Under the pieces are notes generated by a model. It worked only from the letters and a program-made list of their open reading frames with translations. It had not been told where the DNA came from and did no database searches. From Adineta vaga (taxonomy: Eukaryota; Animalia; Rotifera), in contig CP075493.1 in assembly GCA_021613535.1 (NCBI GenBank), positions 17,298,001 to 17,362,000 of the forward strand: a DNA stretch of 64,000 nucleotides, written 5' to 3'. Position 1 is the stretch's first letter. Every line of letters begins with the position of its first letter. Below are positions 25,101 through 35,691 of the stretch, piece by piece. The position numbers were made by a program, and so were the translations under genes.

Positions 25101-26896
25101 TGTGCACTGGGGTTACTCGAAACCGATCCATTTGTGTGTGTTTACCACAGCAGATCGGTCCTCGATGTTTTCTTCGATCATCATGTCTGGCCAGTACGTG
25201 TAAGAATGGCGGTGTCTGCGTACCAGCCGATGAACGCTCGTCATTGCGCGATAACTTTACTTGTGTATGTCCGAAAGGTTTCTGGGGCGTGAATTGCGAG
25301 CTAACAGAGACTAAAATCACCATCTCATTCGCTAGTGAAGTAAAGATCCCACTATTTATTATGGCCCATTTCATCACAGTCAATAAAAATGCAGACCCAA
25401 CACGACTCACGACAGTTAAAAAGATCCCCATCGATTTTGATGAAGTCACATTATCAGTGTCGAAGTCATTCACCCTTCTCTTTGTTCAAATCCAATCGAA
25501 CTTTTATCTGGCTTATGTACAAATGAACTCGACGCTAATATCTTCAATCACTATTTCCAGCAAGATTACTCGTGCACATCAATGTCCACACATTCGTCAG
25601 CTATTTAGTGACAATGCAACAATTAACTATTCTCTACTTCGTCGTATTAAGTATTATCATATTCCTTGCGGCGAACGATACGCATTATCATGTTTCCATG
25701 ACGAGAAAGACTTCATGTGTTTATGCAATGAACATCGTCATGCTAACTGTTTCAAGTTTGACTTCAATATCACATACAATTGTTGGGGTACCAGTGAATG
25801 CCAGAATGGAGCTGCATGCCTTCAGGACGATCGCAATTGTCCTGCTGAAACTCTGTGCGCTTGTCTCGAATGCTATTATGGCAGTAAGTGTCAATTTTCA
25901 ACCAGCGGGTTGACTCTCTCACTCGATGCAATTCTGGGCTATCAGATTCGACCACATTTACCTATACACCGTCAACGCCGGTCAGTACAAGTCAGTGTAG
26001 GCTTATCTATTCTGATCTTGGTCATCGGTATCATCAGTGGTATCCTTTCTTCAATGATATTTCTAAAAAAGACTGTTCGCGAGGTCGGCAATGGGATCTA
26101 CCTACTCGTTGCATCTATCAATTCAATATTGACTTTGTCAATGCTGTGCTTCAAATTCTGGTTTCTACTGCTGGCTCATATGTCCGTCATTACCAATCGC
26201 AACTTTTTATCCATTCAATGTATCGTAGTCGATTTCACGTTACGATTTCTGCTAGCGTTCGGCGACTGGCTCTATGCTTGTATCGCCATTGATCGTGTAA
26301 TTAACACGCGAAAAGGTGTTCATTTTGACAGGAAGAAAAGTAAGAAAATGGCTCGATGGATCATTTTTATCTTGATGCTGATGATAGTGGGTAGCCTGAT
26401 ACATGATCCTATTCATCGTGAACTTTTCTATGATCAAGAAGAAGAACGAAACTGGTGCATCGCGAGGTATTCGTCCGTTACGAAAATCCTCGATTCGATT
26501 ATCACTATGGCACATATCATTCTGCCGTTCATCATAAATCTTATTTCGGCCATTATAATTATTATTGCGATTGCGCGACAGTATTCAGCAGTTCGTAAAC
26601 AACAAACATACAAGGAACATTTACGACAACATTTTCGTGAGCGTAAGCATCTGATTATCTCGCCACTTATTATTGTGCTACTCTGCTCGCCTCGAATCGT
26701 CATTTCGTTTCTTACTGGTTGTATTAAACCAGGCCGCGATCCATGGCTATTTTTAGCCAGCTATTTCATCTCGTTCACTCCACCTCTTCTCATTTTCGTC
26801 ATTTACATTATACCTTCAGAAGCATACATGAGAGTCTTCATCAAAACGGTGGTACATATGCTTCAACGTCGTGTTTTTCTGAAAACTAAAATTTAG
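22157..26896 (+). CDS. Intronless 1579-aa receptor: LDLa repeats, EGF-like domains and a C-terminal rhodopsin-like 7TM GPCR
   Basis: WREVCDGKTDCLDSNEDEEDC, ECLDGSDE, EGF motifs (CKNGGVC...CVCPKGFWGVNCE), and seven hydrophobic segments with IAIDR. Confidence 0.92.
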   Translation: MDLIAILVFRLVIIYDSLEFIQASLNVYESDRLYVAWNVTNDYYDCLHYTEHDDCIYTHMNEVTKEKLEDNEKCIIPEHVISYCMRTLSDEPAPLKHNHMQAMGIPFEELKRNHVRPEDMLRWSAPIDLAERYAEFLTQNTHSLSMNEVFYNCTSPWFGPYCQYTFGFHPSTFSFEDVVKMTYESKKESTERGIGNDTNLPYYTHIKCKLAGGKYLDWREVCDGKTDCLDSNEDEEDCFELEINECMHDEYRCYNGMCISADFFRDDPFHPECLDGSDERNLLMNNFRDCYLQPSFRCEERSCRHPMKQFPCGDGQCTNRINTNYIFLWFGLCVNNRGQHMRDWFLSYEANPTLPFECWFLITCIQVWTSSCRRLCTKRNICHKKVKNLCPPYFFFPTYPIYDNHVRYAFLNNLAFHITHLDLVPHYICYDKERCPFLTASISIYGFSCIETQHFVKLGYEDVSELFHTCVSVDALSLNAVARFQRYDLYNCPDTLKYISKHRLVDGISDCFGDYDEIYNESCSLHDKHRIRCSKDFDKCIKSITVFDRKKEQCNYVGEDYDSIKREISFPTICNSYWEIYNQFSFQVDDETDESNCQWWPCNNQYTRCDTSWTCMNGADEWNCPYSTCPYNHIMCVSPQTLTTFCLNISRIGDGVIDCLGAADEQAYCRTLTGIWNMRYRCRNSDHCTFLDHQAVPGHDCRAEDTNYTEANALRLLSTFWLLNPPYSHFGLNSLPLTVTSQSFEQTRSSSSEKSALHDSYLSPVTNSFPKTMDARTLNSQEAWLCNRGILILKGFDRKQSCLCPQSYYGDRCQYQSDRVSLTLQFRRDAAPDDIREVFTVVIALLDNTGVIHSIDYITYLPRTTCNAKFNRYLLYDSQPKDRTKNYTVRVDAYNRLNVVHYASWLLPVKFAFLPVNRMAFHLTIPVRQTSLSKECRFTCIHGYCTKYVNELELPYYCQCYSGWSGARCTIPLSCTCAEGSLCTGVTRNRSICVCLPQQIGPRCFLRSSCLASTCKNGGVCVPADERSSLRDNFTCVCPKGFWGVNCELTETKITISFASEVKIPLFIMAHFITVNKNADPTRLTTVKKIPIDFDEVTLSVSKSFTLLFVQIQSNFYLAYVQMNSTLISSITISSKITRAHQCPHIRQLFSDNATINYSLLRRIKYYHIPCGERYALSCFHDEKDFMCLCNEHRHANCFKFDFNITYNCWGTSECQNGAACLQDDRNCPAETLCACLECYYGSKCQFSTSGLTLSLDAILGYQIRPHLPIHRQRRSVQVSVGLSILILVIGIISGILSSMIFLKKTVREVGNGIYLLVASINSILTLSMLCFKFWFLLLAHMSVITNRNFLSIQCIVVDFTLRFLLAFGDWLYACIAIDRVINTRKGVHFDRKKSKKMARWIIFILMLMIVGSLIHDPIHRELFYDQEEERNWCIARYSSVTKILDSIITMAHIILPFIINLISAIIIIIAIARQYSAVRKQQTYKEHLRQHFRERKHLIISPLIIVLLCSPRIVISFLTGCIKPGRDPWLFLASYFISFTPPLLIFVIYIIPSEAYMRVFIKTVVHMLQRRVFLKTKI

Positions 26897-27339
26897 AAGT
26901 TGTTACTTACATAAACAGTTAAGTTTCAGGAGACCATAAAGGATGGGCAAAAAGTTTCGACTCCTCTCTTTGAATTGACGTTCTTTCTATCAAAGACGTA
27001 CATAAACACTAGATCAAAATATAGCTTTGCAGAGAATGACGAGAGCTATCTTTCGAAAAAAAAAATCAAGTGCCGACGGATCTATGATAAGTTATGATCC
27101 ATTCATTAATGATGACTAAGCATTTTCCAAGTGACATTTTTTACAAAACCAGAAATATTCTTGTAATATTTCCTCGATTAAAGGTAATTGAAATATTACT
27201 TTTGCTCTATTTTTACAAAATATTTTCATATGTAACTGAATAAAACATAGGATTTTCATATAAATTCAAAAATAAATATAAGATTAAATAACGAGATGAA
27301 ATTGAAACTTATTTAATCAAATAATCACGTAGTTGAACT

Positions 27340-28048
27340 AGTTGTTATAGAACGACGAAATTAGTATATAACTAGAGCTTTCGACTCATCCAGGAGTCAT
27401 CATCAGCAGTAATTCTAGAATGAATAAATGTTTTAGTGTGAGATAGGCGAAGATGAGTATTGAAGTTATCTGTTGTCTGGAAGAAATCAATGATGAGTAC
27501 TCACTCTATTGTTAGTATTGTTTGGAATAATATGTTATTAGTTTGTTTGTGGTGATTTAGTTGGTAGATCTAAATTGTAGTATAGATAGGTTAATGTCAT
27601 AGGGATTGTTATATTGGTACTCACGAATTATGTTGCTTTTTTTTTGTTCCTTCAGGAAAAACATATAGTGGAACAGATGTGTCGGTGCCATTTAATTGTG
27701 GTGTTTTTGAGCGGATCGCGATGGATTCTTTAATTAAAAGCCGATAATGTATTTGATCTTGATTTAAAATTTGAATTTGTTCGAAGTTGATTGAATGACC
27801 TGTTCGATATAAATGTTTACCTAATGCGGAATTGGGTTTGTAATGTATTTGATCGATGGAATGTAACTGGTTTTGGGATGGCGAAGTTGTTTGTTTGAGT
27901 TTCAGGCGAGAACTACGACGTAACGGTTGAGTTAGATGTTTTTTCTCGATTCGACCATTGATTATGTTATTGTTGTTGTTGAATGGATGTGGTTGGGTGA
28001 GAATCATCTTTTTTCTAATAGAGTCAGCAGCTTTAACCACATCTTTTT
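27340..28048 (-). mobile_element. 3' fragment of a Penelope-like retroelement (GIY-YIG endonuclease C-terminus and 3' UTR/pLTR)
   Basis: ORF 27621-28040 has SALGKHL..TGHSINF..IQIL......LLIKESIAI....PQLN....VPLYVF, typical of the PLE endonuclease end. A hammerhead motif lies downstream. Cut at the hairpin at 28049. Confidence 0.8.
27371..27410 (-). ncRNA. Minimal type I hammerhead ribozyme
   Basis: Minus strand ACUG-CUGAUGA-U-GACUC(CUGGAU)GAGUC-GAAA-GC-UC-UAGU: intact core, 5-bp stem II, palindromic AGCU helix III, stem I ACUG/UAGU. Confidence 0.8.
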
Positions 28049-28108
28049 GAGGATGTGGGTGTGGGTGGGTGTGTTGATTAAAGATTAAGAACCCACACCC
28101 ACCTCCTC
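28047..28108. repeat. Telomere-like hairpin element copy
   Basis: TTGAGGATGTGGGTGTGGGTGGGTGTG...ACCCACACCCACCTCCTC. Confidence 0.8.
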
Positions 28109-29522
28109 TTTATATTTTATATTAGCTAAGCAACTAATTCAATGTAATGCCACCTTTTCTGTTTATACGAAATTGTACAAATAAGCCATAAATGAATGAA
28201 AAATATTTCAATAGATCGTTGAATAACAATACTAACAAAAAATTGCTTTTCTGATATTTTTTTCTGATTTTGTGAAAAAAATTCTGATGAATTCTGATTT
28301 TCAAAATATTTTTTCTAATTTTCGACTTTTCCATCTGGCCACCCTGATAGTGAATAACCCTAGGTCCACTATATTTAACTAAAATATCGATTAATCAGTT
28401 GCATCGGTTCCCTCGTTAGTCTAATCATGGATGAGTATGATACACGGTGTCATTATATAGTAACATTTAAAATTCTTGGGCACTGTGTTTATAACTCGCT
28501 GTTCCGCTACCAGTAAAGAAAATACCAGCGTCTTCTACTTGTTAATACTCTCGTTTTATTCAAGGAGGCTGCAAATGAAATACGTAATCAGCTTCGCACT
28601 GGCGTTTTCCATATTTTCTCACAACTATGTACGGATGATACAGGTTAACTATAGGCAAATGATACTCTACATAAAATTAAAATTTATATATTGTGTTGAA
28701 CAAACGTTTAACTCAGTGTATTTTTATACGCAGAAAGACAAACGTTTTGAATGGAACAAAAATATGATGAACCTTTGTTCGCATCTGAATAGATCGTTAA
28801 AGAAAGAGTGGGTATTGATGGATCCTTGTTATTGTCTTGATAAACCTTTCAAGTAAGATCGGAGTATGATCAACTGGTATGCAGAGAGTCATGAAACCCT
28901 CAAGACAAAAAGTAGTGGAAAAAATTTCTACGCGCAAAATAATGAACCTTTGTATAGCGAAAAGAATTGAAATCTACCCTTAGACAGCGTAGAAACTACC
29001 CTTAGTAATAAAAGTGTATGAATGGCAGTATGTTTTAGTACCACAAAAAACTTTCAATAATGTAAGCATATGAAGCACAACTCTTTACGTCCAGTATCAT
29101 ACCCCAATGATTCACAGATAAATAAAGTCACTGTTGATCGTTGAATAATCAATGGTTGAAAAAAAGATGGAAGAATATATCCCTTGAAGTAGACTAATGA
29201 ACAGTTTTATAGAAGAGTAGAATATTGTTCCCTAATAAGCAGCAAAATGTACCATTTTATACAGAAATTAAGATAGTAAATGCTAACGGGGACAATAAAA
29301 TACCCTATTCTTGAAAACGTACAATGAACTATAGTTATATGTTTATCATACGCCTATTTTATTTTTGTAAACAACATTCTCTAATCAATGTTTTTATTGA
29401 TAAACCATCTTAGAGTTTTTCAAAGCGGCATAAATTCATCAAGCATTTATAACTCAAATTTTAAAAGACAAGGGAATATCATTATTCGGATTTTTTTTGT
29501 GTTCATATTTATCACCACTGAC

Positions 29523-32500
29523 TCACGTATGTGTACCCCGACCAGTTCGTTTATTATTGACCCAAGTACCCACGTATTTCTCACCGTTCGCCCACGTATA
29601 TGTGCCATGACCATGCTTCGTGTCGTCTTTGAATTTTCCTTCATACTTATCACCATTGGCCCGTGTAAATGTACCCTGACCAGTTCGTTTATCATTAACC
29701 CAAGCACCCACGTATTTATCACCATTCGCCCATGTGAATGTGCCACGACCATGCATCAAGCCATCTTTGAATTCTCCTTTATATTTATCACCACTGGGCC
29801 ACGTACGTGTGCCATAACCAGTTTGTTTACCATTCACCCAAGCGCCCACGTTTTTACCACCATCCTCCCATGTGTACGCACCATGACCTGTCATCTTGTC
29901 AGCCATCCAATTACCATCATACTGTTTTCCATCAGGCCAAGTCATCATACCTCGACCAGATCTTTTATCATTTTTCCAACTACCTGAGTATATACTACCA
30001 TCACTTGAGCTGAATGTGCCCGATCCTTCACGATTATCGTTCATCCAGTCACCTTCATATCTACTACCCTCCGGCCATATCATTGTACCTCGTCCTGACA
30101 TCTTGTCGCCTATCCAATCACCATCATATTTTTTCCCATTCAGCCAAGTTAACATGCCTCTGCCAGATCTCGTATCTTTTTCCCAAGCACCCCTGTATAT
30201 ATTGCCATTTGTATAGTGATGTGTTCCTAAACCACTTCGATTTCCATTAAAAAATTCACCGATATATTTTTCTCCACTCATCCATGTTATAATTCCGTGA
30301 CCGGAAATTTCGTCAGCTACCCAATCACCTTCATATACTCTGCCATTACTGAAGATACATGTTCCATTTCCGTTTCTGTTTCCATCGACGAAATTACCAG
30401 TATATTTGCTGCCATCAGGCCATTTAAGCACACCTTTTCCGGACATTTTACCATTGCTCCAATGACCAGTATACTGCTTCCCGTCAGACCACAACATCAC
30501 ACCTTGACCAGATTCTTGATCATTTTCCCAATTACCAGTATAATTGCTTCCATCAATGTATTCAGTTGTACCGAATCCGACACATTTTCCATCGATGAAA
30601 TTACCCTTGTATATGTCGCCGTTAGGCCATGTCATTACTCCTTCACCTGTCATCTTATCGTAGATCCAATCACCGTCATATTTTTTTCCATTAGACCAAG
30701 TCAATGATCCTTGACCAAATCTTTTGTCATTAATCCAACTACCTTCATATATGCAACCATCAACGGAATGATAGGTGCCAGTGCCACTTCGCTTACCACT
30801 AATCCAGTCACCTTTGTATCTGGTACCATCAGGCCAGATCATTTCACCTGGACCAGACATCTTATCGTACATCCACTCGCCGTGATACTTTTTTCCATCA
30901 GACCAAGTCATCGACCCTTGACCAGATCTTTTATCATTTAAATAATTACCAATATGAACAGTTCCGTCAGGATGAAAACTTGTGCCAAAACCATGTCTTT
31001 TTCCAGCTATTAAGTTGCCTGCGTATACGATACCATTCGTTAGCGTGTGGTTCACTTGGTCCGATGTGTTTGTGAAAGTTGAATTTTGTAGGTTATTCGC
31101 TGTTGTATTAGTTGTTATTGTAGTGATTGTAGGTGCTGCCATAGTAGTGATTGGAATTGATGTGGTGATAGTGGGTACTCGATGGTTTTTTGGAGTGATA
31201 GAACCACGTGGATTCACGTTGGTCCTTCCAGCATTGTTATCAGTAGAAGTCGTTTTATGCGGTTTTGGATTAGGGGACACGAACGTAACTTCACGTCCAT
31301 TGACCCAAGTACTGGTATATTGACGTCCATCGACATAGAAGTATGTGCCCATTCCATGCATTGTTCCATTTTGAAATTCACCTACGTATTTGTCACCATT
31401 TGAATAGTGATGTGTTCCTAAACCATTACGATTTCCATTGAGAAAGTCACCAGTATATTTTCCACCGTCAGCTACCCAATCACCGTCATATGTTTTTCCA
31501 TCGGGCCATGTCATTGATCCTTGACCCGATATTTTATCATTGTCCCAACTACCTTCATATACTCTGCCATCACTAAAGATACATGTTCCATTTCCACTTC
31601 GATTTCCATCGATGAAATTACCAGTGTATTTGCTGCCATCAGACCATTCAAGTAGACCTTGTCCTGACATTTTTCCATTGCTCCAATGACCAGTATACTG
31701 CTTCCCGTCAGACCACACCATCACACCTTGACCAGATTCTTGATCATCTTCCCAATTACCAGTATAATTGCTTTCATCAATGTTTTCAATTGTACCGAAT
31801 CCGATACGTATTCCATCGACGAAATTACCAGTATATTTGCTGCCATCAGGCCATTTAAGCACACCTTTTCCGGACATTTTACCATTACTCCAATGACCAG
31901 TATACTGCTTCCCGTCAGGCCACGTCATCTCACCGTGACCAGATTGTTGATTGTTGTCCCAGTTACCAGTATAATTGCTTCCATCAATGTATTCAGTTGT
32001 ACCGAATCCGACACATTTTCCATCGATGAAATTACCCTTGTATATGTCGCCGTTAGGCCATGTCATTACTCCTTCACCTGTCATCTTATCGTAGATCCAA
32101 TCACCGTCATATTTTTTTCCATTAGACCAAGTCAATGATCCTTGACCAAATCTTTTGTCATTAATCCAACTACCTTTATACATACTACCATCAACGGAGT
32201 GATAGATGCCAGTGCCACTTCGCTTACCACTAATCCAGTCACCTTTGTATCTGGTACCATCAGGCCAGATCATTTCACCTGGACCAGACATCTTATCATA
32301 CATCCACTCGCCGTGATACTTTTTTCCATCAGACCAAGTCATCGACCCTTGACCAGATCTTTTATCATTTAAATAATTACCAATATGAACAGTTCCGTCA
32401 GGATGAAAACTTGTGCCAAAACCTTGTCTCTTCTCAGCTATCAAATTGCCGACGTACACAATACCATTTGTTAGCGTGTAGATCAATTGATCCGATGCGT

Positions 32501-33386
32501 TTGTGAAAGTTGAATTTTGTAGGTTATTCGCTGTTGTATTAGTTGTTATTGTAGTGATTGTAGGTGCTTCCATAGTTTTAATTCGTAGTGACGTTGGGAC
32601 AATGGGTACTCGATGGTTTTTTGGAGTGATAGAACCACGTGGATTCACGTTGGTCCTTCCAGGATTGTTATCAGTAGAAAACATTTTATGCAGTTTTGGA
32701 TTAGGGGACACGAACGTAACTTCACGTCCATTGACCCAAGTACTGGTATATTGACGTCCATCGACATAGAAGTATGTGCCCATTCCATGCATTGTTCCAT
32801 TTTGAAATTCACCTACGTATTTGTCATTGTTAGACCATGTTAAGATACCGCGTCCTGATCTTTTATCATTTTTCCAACTACCTGTATAGTTTTGTCCATC
32901 TATGTATTGAGCTGTACCCAATCCGTGTCTCTTGCCGTCGACCCAATCACCATCATATTTTTCACCATTCGGCCATATGTAAGTGCCTCGATCTGACTGT
33001 TTATCGTTAATCCAGTCACCTTTGTAGACTCGACCGTCTGAGGAAGTGAAGACGCCTAAAATACGTTGGTCATTAGAGAATGATGGATCTGTATCAGGTT
33101 GTTTATGGTACTGATCGTCATAATTGAATTCTGCACTATTGTTCTGTATTGCAATATATGTGCTCTTGTTAGAATTCTGATTCTGATTTGTCGATTTGTC
33201 TCTATACTTCTGTTTATCGGACCAAAAGATAACAGCTAAACCCATTGTTCCATTATCAGTTTTCTGATTATCAGAGTGTGTCTCATTGAGATCAATGAAT
33301 TCTAATGTTGTCGAACTATGATTATTGTTAACATCTTCATCGAAGAGTTGGTCATCGACGGATCCATATTCAGTAGAACTGTCCAT
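29523..33386 (-). CDS. Large MORN-repeat protein (1287 aa) with Thr-rich linkers and an internal duplication; may have an upstream exon
   Basis: Dozens of MORN repeats. An acceptor-like TTTCTTCAAG lies just upstream of the first Met. The terminal TGA falls at a repeat Trp position (HT*VSGDKYE). Confidence 0.9.
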   Translation of the reverse strand: MDSSTEYGSVDDQLFDEDVNNNHSSTTLEFIDLNETHSDNQKTDNGTMGLAVIFWSDKQKYRDKSTNQNQNSNKSTYIAIQNNSAEFNYDDQYHKQPDTDPSFSNDQRILGVFTSSDGRVYKGDWINDKQSDRGTYIWPNGEKYDGDWVDGKRHGLGTAQYIDGQNYTGSWKNDKRSGRGILTWSNNDKYVGEFQNGTMHGMGTYFYVDGRQYTSTWVNGREVTFVSPNPKLHKMFSTDNNPGRTNVNPRGSITPKNHRVPIVPTSLRIKTMEAPTITTITTNTTANNLQNSTFTNASDQLIYTLTNGIVYVGNLIAEKRQGFGTSFHPDGTVHIGNYLNDKRSGQGSMTWSDGKKYHGEWMYDKMSGPGEMIWPDGTRYKGDWISGKRSGTGIYHSVDGSMYKGSWINDKRFGQGSLTWSNGKKYDGDWIYDKMTGEGVMTWPNGDIYKGNFIDGKCVGFGTTEYIDGSNYTGNWDNNQQSGHGEMTWPDGKQYTGHWSNGKMSGKGVLKWPDGSKYTGNFVDGIRIGFGTIENIDESNYTGNWEDDQESGQGVMVWSDGKQYTGHWSNGKMSGQGLLEWSDGSKYTGNFIDGNRSGNGTCIFSDGRVYEGSWDNDKISGQGSMTWPDGKTYDGDWVADGGKYTGDFLNGNRNGLGTHHYSNGDKYVGEFQNGTMHGMGTYFYVDGRQYTSTWVNGREVTFVSPNPKPHKTTSTDNNAGRTNVNPRGSITPKNHRVPTITTSIPITTMAAPTITTITTNTTANNLQNSTFTNTSDQVNHTLTNGIVYAGNLIAGKRHGFGTSFHPDGTVHIGNYLNDKRSGQGSMTWSDGKKYHGEWMYDKMSGPGEMIWPDGTRYKGDWISGKRSGTGTYHSVDGCIYEGSWINDKRFGQGSLTWSNGKKYDGDWIYDKMTGEGVMTWPNGDIYKGNFIDGKCVGFGTTEYIDGSNYTGNWENDQESGQGVMLWSDGKQYTGHWSNGKMSGKGVLKWPDGSKYTGNFVDGNRNGNGTCIFSNGRVYEGDWVADEISGHGIITWMSGEKYIGEFFNGNRSGLGTHHYTNGNIYRGAWEKDTRSGRGMLTWLNGKKYDGDWIGDKMSGRGTMIWPEGSRYEGDWMNDNREGSGTFSSSDGSIYSGSWKNDKRSGRGMMTWPDGKQYDGNWMADKMTGHGAYTWEDGGKNVGAWVNGKQTGYGTRTWPSGDKYKGEFKDGLMHGRGTFTWANGDKYVGAWVNDKRTGQGTFTRANGDKYEGKFKDDTKHGHGTYTWANGEKYVGTWVNNKRTGRGTHT
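30380..32827. repeat. About 1.0-kb intragenic duplication (30380-31396 and 31811-32827; offset 1431 bp)
   Basis: Long identical stretches at a constant offset, e.g. CCTACGTATTTGTCA at 31381 and 32812. Confidence 0.9.
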
Positions 33387-33795
33387 CTCGCCTTGAAGAA
33401 ATAAAAATTAAAAAAATGTTAAATGTTACAAATCAATACATGAGATAGTTTGTTAAGATTATATCATAGTATAAACTTTGAATGTAGAAACCATGGTTTC
33501 TATGTAATATTTCGTCAAGTGTCTATATTACGATTTGGTAAATAAGAAACAAACTAATCTCATGTATTTTATTATTAAAGTAATAAACATTGAGAAGCAA
33601 TTTTAAAATCTATATAGAAATAAATGATTCAATCAATAAAACTTATTTGAATAAAAAAAAAACGTCAAAATGTATTTCATATAATATACTATCAGTCGAT
33701 CGAAACATATTTTACAGATGAAAACTTCTTGAGAAGTATTTTTAATGTTGTAGAAAGAGAAAAATCTATGACGCACTAATCTATAGTGTTATTGT

Positions 33796-34012
33796 CAAGG
33801 GGAAAAAGCGATACTCCGTACTCCGATACTCCAACCTACTCCACTAATACGCAAGCTTACTCCAACGATACTCCAGCTATACTCCACTCGTACTCCAACA
33901 TATTTTGTAAAACTGGAATATCGACTGTTTTCTCTTTGTAGAGTAAAGATGAAGTATAGTGGAATACAACGGAGTATGAGCAGAGTATTGGAGTAGCGCT
34001 TTTCCCCCCTTG
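33796..34012. mobile_element. hAT-type MITE, 217 bp
   Basis: TIRs CAAGGGGAAAAAGCGATACTCC / GGAGTAGCGCTTTTCCCCCCTTG. 8-bp TSD GTTATTGT / ATTATTGT. Many subterminal TACTCC/GGAGTA motifs. Confidence 0.85.
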
Positions 34013-34859
34013 ATTATTGTCCTATCATTCAATGAAGAAGTACTATAACTTACCATACTCATTGATTATTTCACCATTTATTTGTTTAAACAATAATAGT
34101 ATCGTACAACAAAGCAGAAACTTTTTTTGTATTTGAAACATATTCCGTAAATAAGCAATATCGAGACAAGAAGCTCTCTTTCGTCTGTTTGTCGAGATAA
34201 ATGCATCTAAACTGAAAACGTTGTCATATATATATACATGTATATCTAAGGGAAAAAAATCTATTCAAACATTCCCATCCATTCGAATGATTGCGAATGA
34301 GATTTTCCCGCATTGTATATATCTCATATCACTGACGAGTCTAAATGTTTTTTCTGTTCTGTTCTTTGACATCTTATTCGAGAAAATTCTTATTGATAAT
34401 AATATGGAAAAATCATAATGTATTTTTGTTAGAAAATAAATAAATATATAATTATCAAGAAAAATTAAAAACTATTTTGCTTCTATATTTTAATATATCT
34501 TAGATTTAAAAATATTTTTATTTCATGTGAAAATGTAAATATTATAATAATTAATCATCGAAGTTTTTTTATAAAATTCAATAAGAGATAAATTTTGAAA
34601 TCATTTTATTTTAATTGGATTTAGTGATTAGATTTGACGAAATTTTAACAAATAAAAATTCAATTTTATGTATTTCATATTTAGTCACCAAGTTTCAATT
34701 GTTATTATTTTATTTTTGTTCAATAACTTTTGAATTCTGTTAAAACTAAAATAATTAATAAAATTATTTAAGATAAAGTTGTAAATATAATAATAAGTGT
34801 TTATTTAATGATTATTATATTTTTATACAAGAAGAAATTCTTTTTTTAGTTTAGATTTT

Positions 34860-35495
34860 CGTAATCAATCTTTATTAAAAGTTTCGCTTTCAATTAATAC
34901 ATGATTTAATGCATGTGTATAGTTATTGAACGAACAATCACTATATTTCAAGGTGTTAAATTTAATAAAAATCAAAGTAAACAAATTGCTAAACGAATTT
35001 GTATTTTTTTACCATTAATTATTCTTTTAACATTTCTTCATGGACCAATTTATCGAAATTTATTTTATGATGAAGAAGAAGAACAACAACAACGTACAAT
35101 GTGTGTTACTTATTACAACAAATATTTACAAAATTATAATTCAACAATTATTTTAATACATTTTCTTCTACCATTTCTTATTAATTTTTGTTCAGTTTTA
35201 TATTTAATTATTAGTATAACTCGAATGCGTAGTACATCACAAAAAAAGAATCAAAGTTTTCTTCAACATTTTTCTAAACAATTTCTTGGACATAAACATA
35301 TTTTATCATTACCACGTTGAATTATTTCTTTAATATCACCATGCATGAAATCATCACGATATCCTTGAATATTGCTCGCAGGCTATTTTATATCATTTAT
35401 TTCATCAATGTCTTTTTATTATTTTTGTTTTACCATCGGATTTATATAGAAAAGAATTTAGAGAATTAACCAAAACTTGGCGATTATTACATTAA
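34860..35495 (+). pseudogene. Decayed 7TM tail of a GPCR paralogous to 22157-26896
   Basis: IERTITIFQGVKFNKNQSKQIAK, HGPIYRNLFYDEEEE, HFLLPFLIN match the intact paralog. Contains stops (34902, 35366) and frameshifts. Confidence 0.85.
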
Positions 35496-35691
35496 TTATC
35501 TATGGGAACCAACGAAATTTATTCTATTTTGTGATGTTGTATATTCCGGAATGATTCGTTTAAAAGAAAAGTAGGAAAAAGCAATTTTTTCCTATTATTT
35601 TTAGTAAAAAATGACACAAAATAATTTTTTTTGAGTATCTTTCAATCTCGGGTGTACTCACTTCTTGATTATGTAAGTCGAGTAGAATAAT

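Noticed and set aside
22754-26703. Short ORFs nested in the GPCR gene
   Set aside because: Alternative-frame or antisense by-products of a long, higher-GC ORF.
29388-32843. Many plus-strand ORFs overlapping the MORN gene
   Set aside because: Antisense shadows of a repetitive coding sequence with no independent motifs.
8629-35368. TGA=Trp recoding, suggested by TGA at Trp positions (8629, 29523, 34902, 35366)
   Set aside because: Intact genes use TGG for Trp and TGA as a true stop (17426, 19196). Other stop types and frameshifts co-occur. G-to-A decay of TGG explains the pattern.
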